DNA of 63,997 bases, filler included, from Ionaspis alba (lineage: Eukaryota): assembly GCA_964255285.1 (NCBI GenBank). It is 6 parts of 6 records of this genome, joined end to end, with 100 filler letters (N's around TTAATTAATTAA, not from the genome) between each part and the next. Parts side by side here need not be neighbours in the genome. Positions count along the whole stretch, not along the records: positions 44,669 to 55,704 come from CAXUUL010000575.1; positions 55,805 to 63,997 come from CAXUUL010000765.1; 4 more parts are not named here. The stretch is one strand, 5' to 3'. The first letter of the stretch is position 1. Each line of letters opens with the position of its first letter. Position numbers and translations under genes: made by a program. This document shows, piece after piece, positions 48,572 through 59,065 of the stretch. The notes below the pieces were generated by a model. It saw nothing but the letters and a program-made list of their open reading frames with translations. It made no database searches and had not been told where the DNA came from.

Positions 48572-50295
48572 TGAGCGCTTTCCGCAAGCGAAATCTACCA
48601 CTACAGCCAAAGAGGATGAAGCGAGTATCCGGGGAAGCCGGAATGAGAGTCGCTAACGGAGACGAGACTACTGTTGCATGTTGATCCCCCAACTTCAATT
48701 TCTGACTCTCTTCCAAAATCTGTGGGAAGGCGGTCAGACGGGGTCGCCTTTGGACGGAAGAGAGCTGCGTACCAATATGCTGTGCTGAAGACGAAACACC
48801 ACGTGGAATTGCAGCTCAGGGATAGAATCTGACAGGGAATTACATGGGAGAAGCTCATGTCAGGGCTTCTAGTCACTTAGGCGTAGAATGTTCCATCGGG
48901 ATGGAATGAATAGAGTTGCCCTGCTACAGCTTCAGTGATTGGCTCCCAAACATCCGACAATGCTTACAATGCCGGGCTCGATGTAACACCATCCATGTGT
49001 CTGGCATCTTTCTTACCGGGAAAAGGGATGTGGGCTATGCAGAACAGGGGGTCTGAACGCTGAACCATATCCGTGTGGGCGGTAGCATATGCATACTCTA
49101 CAGTGTAGCAAAACAAGCGCGCTTCATCCCTTGACACAATTGAGTGGGCGGCAGAAGGAGCTGAAGACATGAGAGAGCATAGGGCCTCTTGTTCTTGCAC
49201 TCGCTGCCGTCGTCGCTTTCTCTCATGCTGGTTCTGATTCTGAATCTCTGATACACATGCATGCACATACATATTAAGGAATTTGACTGGTCTTCACATG
49301 CCTTCACATTCCCCTCAGGTTTCTCAACAGCCCCACCTTTGCTGAAGAAAATGCCCTGCGCTGCACTGTGATGGCGGGTAGAACCACTGGCTTGGAACGA
49401 TTACCAGCAGATCGGTGACATGTCATGGCAGCCATGCGGCATTTCGGCATGAGACTCCTGGAAAGGAGTGCATCACTCTACCTGCTTGCAACAAATGGCA
49501 CCAAGTAAAAGGGCTTGCGTTAGTCACCGCCTTTAGTCCATGTTGCAATATCCGAACCCGTCAATCTCTGATCGTCGGAGGGGAAGGGAGAGAAACAGAC
49601 CCAAGCAATTCCCAGCTTCCTCCGGGCTCCTAACCCCTCGAAAAGGCTGCGACTAAAGACAGCTACTGAACGGCGAACTTCGAAGGAACTGACTAGTCCC
49701 AACCGTGCAGCAGTCTATTACTATTACTGTCCTTGACTCTGCCACTCACCCACATGCATGAAGCCTCAAACTTCCTCCTGCATATTCGCTGTAAACATGA
49801 GGTTTCGAAAGTGTCAATTGGCGTCATGGGCTTGCTACTAAGGGACCGCCGAATGGTCTACCAGCCTATTCTCGTTTCTGCCTATCCTATCCTATCCAGC
49901 GTCCTACTTTTCCTTGATCAATTCCTCTCCTCTCGTTTCCTTTCCTCCCTAATTTTTTCTTTTCTTTTCCTTACTTACGTTCCTCGCTCTTTCTTTCCTT
50001 CCATTTCCTCGGTGGCAACCTCGTTTGTTCCGGCAGCGAATGCTGCTTATCGTCTAATCCCCTCAATCACCCCACGCTCAACCTTTCCTTGCTGTTATGC
50101 GAATCGTTTTAGTTTTATTCATACATAGCTCTGACGTATTTTCTTTTGTGGTCAAGTCAATTGCATAGGAGCCTGGACGTCCTCCAATTTTACGCTCTTT
50201 TCAGCACATACATCAGAACGATTTGACGACCCTCAATTTGCTGAACGAGACTCATGACATAACATACGAATCGAACAACGCACGAATGTTTCTGT

Positions 50296-50420
50296 ATGGC
50301 TGAAACAATTCCCGAAAGTGGCCCTCCTGCATCCCACAACTCTGACGACGACGACGACGATAACGACAACGAAAACGACGGCTCCGAAGTTGAGAACATC
50401 GACAGCGAAGGAGAAGGAGG

Positions 50421-50456
<36 letters not shown>

Positions 50457-51441
50457 CCCCTCAGGATCTGACGGCAATGGAACCATCTCCGGCAGGTCCG
50501 TACCATCTCCCGCCATCCCTCCGCAAACCATGACTAAACGCCTCACGCACAGAACCTCCACCAAATCCCTCCCCGGCTCCCTCCTCCAGCAGCGCATCCA
50601 CGAAAACTCCCGCTACTATGCCAACGAAGACTACCACATGCCCAGCGACGATGCCGAAGCAACTCGCCTCGCAATCACCCACCAAGCCTACCTGCTCATC
50701 CTCGACAACAAGCTCACCCTCGCCCACATCCCCCCCAAAACCAAACGCATCCTCGACATCGGCACCGGTCCCGGCGACTGGGCCATCGCCATCGCCGAGC
50801 GCTATCCCAACGCCGAGGTCATCGCTACGGACATTAGTTCAACTTACCAGCCCGGAGCCGTTCCTCCGAATGTGGTATTCGAAATCGACGACGCGATGCA
50901 GGAGTGGACGTACACCGAACCTTTCGATCTCGTGCACATTCGGGGCCTAGCAGGCGCGTTTGCAGACTGGGGGAAAGTCTACAAAGAAGCTTTTCGTCAC
51001 CTGAGAAAAGGCGGTATATTAGAGGTCGCGGATTTCGGCCCCATCACTCTCGCGGAACAGGCCACGCACTCCTATGTCAGTATCTACAACGGGGCGTTGC
51101 AATCCGCGGCCGAGAAAGCGGGCACGTCGCTTGGGCTGGAGCATTTGAAAAAGCCGGTGCTGGACGCGGCAGGGTTTAGTGTTGCGAAGGCGAAGGCGTT
51201 CCAGGTGCCGTTGGGGGAGTGGGCGGAGCAGCCGCAGATGAGAGTTATTGGGAAGATGACGCTGATCAGTGTGCTGGAGGGTCTGGAGGCGACGAGTTTG
51301 AGGTTGTTGACGAGGGAGTTGGGGTGGACTGAGGAGGGGGTGAGGGAGCTTTGTGGGAAGGTGATGCGGGAGATTACGGGAGCGGGGAGGGCGAGGGTAG
51401 AGGTTAGATTTGTGGTGGCGAGGAAGCTGATTACGGAGTGA
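50296..51441 (+). CDS. SAM-dependent methyltransferase, LaeA-like family, with an acidic N-terminus
   Basis: ENSRYY...YHMPSDDAEATRL, ILDIGTGPGDWA, VIATDIS, PPNVVFEIDD, FDLVHIR; poly-D/poly-E from GAC/GAA repeats. Confidence 0.9.
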
Positions 51442-51468
51442 TGGCTATGAATCATGAGATATTTGGGG

Positions 51469-51568
51469 NNNNNNNNNNNNNNNNNNNNNNNNNNNNNNNN
51501 NNNNNNNNNNNNNNNNNNNNNNNNNNNNNNNNNNNNNNNNNNNNNNNNNNNNNNNNNNNNNNNNNNNN
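51469..51568. other. Within-scaffold assembly gap (100 N)
   Basis: Plain N run. Confidence 0.97.
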
Positions 51569-52451
51569 GCATCGCCATTTCTACTACGGCCTCGCGGAGG
51601 TACCCTACGACTATTTTAAATCAGATCGATGGCCCTACAGCAGTCGTTTGAATCCTAATCGTCACTGGGGTTCTTCTTTGTAACAATTTAGCAGAACATT
51701 CAGTCTTGTGGTCGGACCAGGCTTTCCCCTTATGAGTCTGAAGGTATAAGCTGTGATGCTATCAATGACGTAGCTTATGGCGGAGGTAATGCAGTGATGA
51801 GCCTGAATGGCACCAGTGGAGGAGGATGGATGCAACAAGGAGTCAGGACGACCTTGCCATGATTGAGCAGAAAGTTGGAGGCTTGCACGATGCAGACAAC
51901 AATAAAAGACCAATTGAATAGCTATAACCATTGGACTTGGAATTGCTTTGGAGACTTTAAGCTGAGGCGTAGTCATTGTGTAACATCCTTACGACAATAC
52001 TGAAAGACTCAGGCATAAGATGACGAGAGAGGGGAGGGATGGATTGCAAGTGGTGTCATTCCATGTAGTGGGCGGGAAAACATATAGTGAATTGCATCGG
52101 AGGATCTCTTGAAGCCCGTGGTTTACTTGTATCTCCATAGCATTTGATCAGCATCAGGCCATACAGCAATCAATATGTTGCAATCCATTTTGTCAATCGC
52201 ATGGTGTTTGGTTCGTGAAGGACGGCTCTGATCCTATGGTCGGGATGCAAAGTACAACAATTTGCGTATATCTGGGCGGCCAATCATAACACTCTCAGGC
52301 GTGGTACTTTCTCTTGGACAAAGTACCATATCTTTGTCTGAGCTGTACAGCGCATGTTTTCTTGTACATATTTTGGAGAGACTAGAAGCTGTCTTCCTCT
52401 ATCTTCTCATCCAGGTCATTCCTTTCTGCAGACTAATAATTGTTGCGGAAA

Positions 52452-54696
52452 ATGGCTCCTCCCGTCGCCAGTGCAAAGCTCACTCTAAGCTATCCTCTAT
52501 ATGCTGCCGATTTCGACCCTCAAAACAACAGCTTCTTGGTGGTAGGAGGTGGCGGCGGTGAAGGCCGAAGTGGTGTTGGCAATAAGATCGTTAGCTCTCC
52601 ATTTCAGCAGGCATAACTCGGGCAGCTGCTAACGTCGCAAGGAAGACTCTGATAAATACTTCGCGCAAGCAAGAGATTTCTGAAGTCGTCGAGGTAGCTC
52701 TCTCTCGTGACGAGGACTCAGTGACTTCATTGGTGGTTGCGCAATCAAACGAGACGTCTGCGACAGTGTTTGCCGGCATCAACTCCTCGAATGCGGACCA
52801 GCAAGCAGGCAAGAATGAACATTTCAGGTCCTTTCGATTGGGATACCCACCGAAAAAGCGGAAAGAAGGCTCTGCGGCTGACGGCAAGGAGGAAGACAAG
52901 CAGGTTACGCCTGAGACCAGAGCGTTAGGCAAGGTTTCGCTTTTCAGAACAGGCTCGGAGACCGAGAAAGAGGCATATCAAAGAGTGCTGAGGCTATCTC
53001 CAGCGAATAAGGATACCGGGGCTAGAGTGGGGGCAGTTGCTACGGGCCTCGCTCCAGAAGGAGAGATGGTCGTATTCGATGCGAGGAAGAGCAGTCCAGA
53101 CCAAAGCGACATCCTGAAACGCATACAGCTTAAGAAGGGCGAAGAAGCAGCAGACGTCGACATCATCGGAAATAGCGAAGGCGATCATCTTGTCGCATAT
53201 TGTACAGACTATGAGGTCTATCTCTATAAACAATCCTCCAANNNNNNNNNNNNNNNNNNNNNNNNNNNNNNNNNNNNNNNNNNNNNNNNNNNNNNNNNNN
53301 NNNNNNNNNNNNNNNNNNNNNNNNNNNNNNNNNNNNNNNNNATCTTGTCGCATATTGTACAGACTATGAGGTCTATCTCTATAAACAATCCTCCAACCCT
53401 TCCTCCAAATCCGCAGAAGCTCTCTTTATTTACGGCACACCACACCCAGACATCTTTGCCGACAAGAAACGACCCACCTTCCGCTTCCTCCGGTTCCTCA
53501 CCCCTACTCTTTTGCTTCTTCTCCAGAACCTACCCTCTCGCAAAGGCGCCTCTCTACTTTTACTCTCTGTGCCACGAACCCGCAATCTCGGCGAGGTTCT
53601 GCTCATCAAAACCCTTCCGAAAACCCTCAAGGCCGCAACAGCCCTCTCTACCACCCTCCTCCCTTCATCACACCCGTCTCAAAACATTCAGCACGCCATC
53701 GCAATCGCCGGTCAAGATATCTCCCTCATCATCCTGACCCTCGATTATCCGCCAGCTGCCTCAAACCCTACCCTTCGCTTCCGCACCCACACCACCCTCC
53801 CATCCGTCCACCCTTTCCAAATGACCGCTCTCACCTTCTCGTCTTTCAATCCCCCTCCAAACCCCGCCACCGCCGGTCCACAATATCTCAAGCTCGCTTC
53901 CTGCAGCATGGGCAACACCATCGTTGTACACACCTTCCCACTAACGCCTTCCCCTCCTCCATCTTCCAAGTCTAAGTATCCGCCACGCTACGTCCTCCAG
54001 TCATCTGGTTCCGAACTCGCCCAAACAAGCTTCAGCATCCTCATCTCTATCGTCGTTATCGCCATCGGAGCTTTCTTGCTGCAAGCGTGGACGGAGATCA
54101 GAGGCGGGACGCCTGAGTATCTTGGAGCAAAAGGCTGGTTGAGCCAGCGTGTGCATGATTATATTGCACTACCGTACATGTTTGCTGATTCGCAGGCACC
54201 TGTTATTGTGCCGGATATGCCAGGTGTGGAGAGTCTGAGGGCGAAGGTGCCAAGTGCGGCGGAGGTCAAAGAGAAGGTTTTTGAGACGACGCAGGATGTG
54301 AAGGATGCGATTCCCAGTGTAGAGGAATTGAGAAGTCCTGGTTCGTTGAGAAGGTTGCTTTCCCAGCGGCGAGATGCTACTTTTGCTTCCGCTTCTTCTC
54401 CTGAATCGGCAGATGAATCAGCTCTCGTGCCTGCCACGGAAGCTAAAGCGCTTGTCGTACATCATGACGGCGATTCGTTGTCTACGGAACTGCATCATGA
54501 CGAAGTGGATGCTGAGCGACAGGGTAGAAGATGGGAAGAGCTGGAACACGAGGAGAAAGAGAGCTGGAAGAGAAGGCTACTAGATGCCGGCGAATGGGCC
54601 GTTGAGGAGGGAGAGACGGTGTTGAAGGGAGTGTTCTTTTCGGAAGTTGCCGGGTTTGTTGGTGGAGTTGTGGGTGGATTGGCTGGAGGTGGTTAG
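52452..54696 (+). CDS. SEC12: Sec12/PREB-like Sar1 guanine-nucleotide exchange factor (one intron; interrupted by a false gap)
   Basis: LSYPLYAADF...VVGGGGGEGRSGVGNKI K-loop; beta-propeller-like body; single TM FSILISIVVIAIGAFLLQAW. Confidence 0.85.
53242..53341. other. False gap: 55 bp duplicated on both sides
   Basis: 53187-53241 is identical to 53342-53396. Confidence 0.95.
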
Positions 54697-54879
54697 AAGG
54701 GATAGGAGAAGGGAGAGCGATGCGATGTCAATGGAAGTCGTTAAACAATTGTAGTAATGGGGGAGGCTGCTATACATTAGTGCGAGCTCCAGTGGAGATG
54801 CTGCTATAGACGGAGGATGTTGATACCAATTTGTGTACTCGCAGTCTCGTCGCAATAGATATAGCATTTATGGTCGGAT

Positions 54880-55704
54880 CTAGCGATCACAGATTGTCCG
54901 ATCACGATCTCAGACGATGAACTTGAAAATAACAATAATCGAGAATGTGAAGATGAGATTAAACGCCTGCGGAACCTGCTATCGCAATTTTTTAGTTTGG
55001 ATTTTCGGATAGCGAAAACGCCGATGATATAAACGAAATTAGATATTATCAACTCGCTTTCGTAATTACAGAATTATTTAAAGCCTAGTTTATGGATATC
55101 GATAACATCGAGTCAAAATTAAAACCAAAAACCTTAAACAATAAAAACGATAATAGAAGCAGGAATATAGTTTTTTTTTAATCTTATATCGGTCGTGATA
55201 AAAATAGTGGGTATATGTCATGGTTTGGCCCCGGGAGAACCTCGGGACCCGGAGAAACTTTATTTCGATTAATATTTAGCTGGAGGAACGTTGCGCCGGT
55301 TAATATCTAGACCTTCAATATTTTATTTTATAATTAAATTATACAGTGAAGAAGGTGGAAATCACTACTATAAAAATCGATTAATTAAAAATTACGGAAG
55401 CTAGTCCTCGAAAACAACTAAAATATTAAAAATTGTTGAAATAATATCGGGTAAGGGGTACCGCGATTAGGCGGAAGGAAATCTGCTAGGCTGAAATAGG
55501 CTAGTAAGATATTTGAATGAATTGATGGTTGACTTAATTTCAATTTAGGTGGGCTTAAGGCCCTTATTTATAACCAAATTAGGTGGCAAAATAGCTGATA
55601 AATCAAAAGATTCCAGCTAATTCCACCTGATTCCACCTGATTCCACCCCTAAATTATAACTCATAATAGGTGGATTTATAATCCTGATTATAAATCAGGA
55701 TTCT
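54880..55704. mobile_element. AT-rich degenerate repeat relic with RIP-like mutation pattern
   Basis: Abrupt fall in GC, TpA excess, decayed frame broken by TAA/TAG, short subrepeats and a palindrome at the scaffold end. Confidence 0.6.
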
Positions 55705-55804
55705 NNNNNNNNNNNNNNNNNNNNNNNNNNNNNNNNNNNNNNNNNNNNTTAATTAATTAANNNNNNNNNNNNNNNNNNNNNNNNNNNNNNNNNNNNNNNN
55801 NNNN
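55705..55804. other. Artificial scaffold spacer N44-TTAATTAATTAA-N44
   Basis: Same linker. Confidence 0.98.
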
Positions 55805-56005
55805 GGAGAGCTACGCTAAAAACCGCACCATAAGTCCGGCCGAGTGACTCGGAAACTCAGGTACGCCAAAGCTAGGCATAAACAGCAGCTCAACATTGTC
55901 AGTGAATTAGAGAATCTCTCGTCGAGTGCCGCTCGGACAAGAGTGGTTCGTCATTCAACCATGGGTCGATAGTATCCAAAGTGGTCGATCCACTTCTTGC
56001 GCAAC

Positions 56006-56860
56006 ATGTCGAGCATTACGCTGAAGATTGGGTCCCTGGTCATCAGAACCCTCTCCAAGCCAATCGCAGTACGTCCAAGAGAACGATTTCCCCTGCTCAG
56101 GCTGTAGCTTACTCTGCTGTTCAAGAACTACATCAAAAGTCAAGCTCGAGAGCATGATAGGTTTCGCCGCTTGTGCGTCTCCTTTGCGCAATCTTTGCAT
56201 CGGGTCGACATGCGGATGCGCCTAGGACTATTGCAGGATCATGCAGCAATAGATCGGCAGATTGCACGAGAAGCTGCTGAAGCTCAAGCCAAGAAAGCAA
56301 AAGCCGACATCCCTACAGTGAAGACAGAGGCACAGACGAAGGCAGATGAGGCGGCAGCTGCCAGGGCGAAGGAAAAGGGTTCAGAGAAGCTGAAGTCTAC
56401 TTCGCAGTCAAAGCCCAAGATTCGACCGCTCTCCGAGGCAAAAGCGATTGACTCTGGAGCCAATTTCATTAGTGAGACTTTTCTGTTCACTGTCGGCCTG
56501 AGCCTGATCGTGTTCGAGTCATGGAGAACGCGGAGGAAGGAGACTACTAGAAGGATAGACGTGGCTGCGAAGCTGGACGAACTAGAGGAAAAGGACAGGG
56601 CTAAGACCAAGTTGCTGGAAGACTTGGAGCACGAACTGCATGAGTTGAGGAGTAAGGAGAAGTCAGGCATCACGTCTTGGTTCAAGACCAAAAATGATCC
56701 ACCAAAGGATGGTACAAGTCAAGCACCTAATGCAACACCGGTTATGGACCAGCCATTACAGATACCTACGAATCGTGACAGATTAGTGGTGGCATCTGTG
56801 AAGTCCTCTGAGGATGCCGGGACTGCCCCAGCGGCAATACCCTCGAGCGCTTCTCACTAA
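56006..56860 (+). CDS. OPA3-like mitochondrial protein (exons 56006-56068, 56126-56860)
   Basis: LKIGSLVIRTLSKPIA/NYIKSQAREH..FR, IRPLSEAKAIDSGANFISETFLF, C-terminal coiled coil. Confidence 0.92.
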
Positions 56861-57142
56861 TTCAAGCGAGCATCATTCCACTTTTTGAGACCTTTTCGGC
56901 TATCATGTATTCTATCACGAGATGCTAGGATTCCCTAGCAATAACTCATCTCTTGTCAGAGTAGATAAAAACCACTTCTCTCATCAAGCGTCTTGCTTAA
57001 ATCTTGCGAGATGTTTTGCAGTTCATTGAGGAAGAGGGCAGATCTGAAGCCACTGGTCAATAAATTGTCCTCAACAACTAATCCTCGACTTAAGGGCAAG
57101 ATGAGCGCACCTCTATTGGGCCTGGAATCTAATCTTTGGCAG

Positions 57143-57799
57143 CAGAATCTGAGCTAGAAACTCACGATCTCGCTTTTCCACTTCCGACCACAAGCCCCAA
57201 TGACACTCTTTGCCTATTGGTTCTAACAGCGATCTCTTTGGAAGACACTGTCAAAGCCATCACGCTCGCTCGCATCGAGCGCCTCTCAACACTAAGTGGT
57301 GGCGACGGTATCGCGCTTGCGTACCTGCAGACGACGATCCCAGGAGAATCGCCAGATGCTTCGTCTGCGACTTATGCCTTCCTGAGCCTGCAATTGCTGT
57401 GATTCTTCCGAGACTCTAATCGGGAGTGTCTCGTGATATTGACAAGATTCTAGTATCTACAACCACGGCGGTCTCCCCATGATTCCTATCATCCAAATAC
57501 CTGAACCATCGCAACTACTTCAATGTGTTACTTCATACATCAAGGCACTTGAGAATCAGTACCCAATACCGCAAATCTCAGCACGTATAGAGCTGCTTCC
57601 ACACATAACTTCCACGGCACCCTCTCATCCGTTGTCTGAGCATGATACCAACATCCTCAGCGACATCACTCGTTCCGTCTCGGATATTGCAGGACTCGCT
57701 GGAAACCAGCGTGGTAAAATGAAATTAGAGGAATGGTTGGGGGAGGACGTGAGTCGGGCAATAGCAGAGTTCTGGGGGGATGAGTGGTACTGCGAGTGA
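57143..57799 (+). CDS. Hypothetical protein, possible ERCC1/Spo16-like fold (exons 57143-57398, 57454-57799; first exon unresolved)
   Basis: Phase-2 intron joins two ORFs; CTAAT..CAG acceptor at 57142; C-terminal LSEHDTNILSD...SVSDIA...LEEWLG....AIAEFW. Confidence 0.6.
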
Positions 57800-59065
57800 T
57801 GAGAGATTGCTGGTTATACAAAGACGCGCTCCCAGGCACAAAAATCAGTACTGCCAAAGAACCGCCAGTATTTCGCCACTGTGTTGCACAGTCATAGCCG
57901 ATATTGCACGAATATGTTTGATAATACGAGCACTCCTTTCCCCTCTCCCGCTAATATTATTCGCCACAAGGATCGGAAGTACACCCGTTTATTTGGGGAT
58001 TGTGCATATTAAGATCTCTTCTTATTGGCTGTTCGTGCAGCATGCGTGGAGATATGCATCTGAAGCACAAGATCACCGAAATTGGAGATAGAAAACAAAA
58101 GAGTTTGATGCAGCACGAATATCAAACCCCTGACCTCCACATTCCATCTTTCTCCGTGCCGTGTGCATGGAGATACCTGGCTGGAAGTTCTGGCGGCGAG
58201 ACGAACCGATGATCCGTGGCTTAGATCTGATGCGCTGGCAGCTGTCAGAAGGGAGACCTAATTGCCACAAGACCACGCTGTAGCGCGTTGTCAAGTCCGG
58301 CTCGAGTATTCGCTGATCATGACTTAGAGCTACAATAATAGTAATCATAGTTGTAAATAGCAAAAGTCAAGGAACGAAACATCAAAACGATTTCTCCGGT
58401 AGGCACCACATCCAGGCGGCAATCCCACGAGAATCTTCAGCGAGCGGTCGCCCCCTGCAGCCGCTGTCGGCCAGAAGCAGTTTAGGTGCAGCTTAGGGGC
58501 CTTTAAACCTATCAGGGTCCACGAATGGAGAGGGCGGATCCATGCCCAAACTTCTTAACACTGTTTGGGGATGAAGGCACCTCCTTTCAGATCGATTGTA
58601 ATTTCTAATTTTCGAAGTAAAACCGCCTTCCTCACCTTCGACCACACCTCCACCTTCCTTTCACCTTTCTTCAATACACCGGTTGATGGTTGTTTTTCTT
58701 TTGCACTGTCAGCGTCCTTCAGTCTGCGATCACCCACCCACAACGTCATTCAAGCGGTCCTTTTTTGCTAACCTGCATGACAATCCCAGCAACGGTGTGA
58801 GCGGATCCTACCTAAACTCAATTTATCCTGGGCCGACACGTCCATTTTGAGAGCGCGTCTTATCCTGTCAATTTTTTGATAAAGTCACTCCTTCTACAAT
58901 CCACCATTCAACCACTATCAGCACTCTGACCTCTGCCCTTCAACATCGACCTGCAGACCTCAACTGGTTGAGGTGACCGTTGGTCCATCGTCTCAGTGGG
59001 ATTCTAACGCTACAAATGCTCGACGGCAAGGCCCGCATGTGAACGTTGACTAATAGCCTCCGAAA

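Noticed and set aside
50296..51441. LaeA-like methyltransferase as marker of a secondary-metabolite cluster
   Set aside because: No PKS, NRPS, terpene synthase or tailoring genes on this scaffold; neighbours are GRS1 and SEC12
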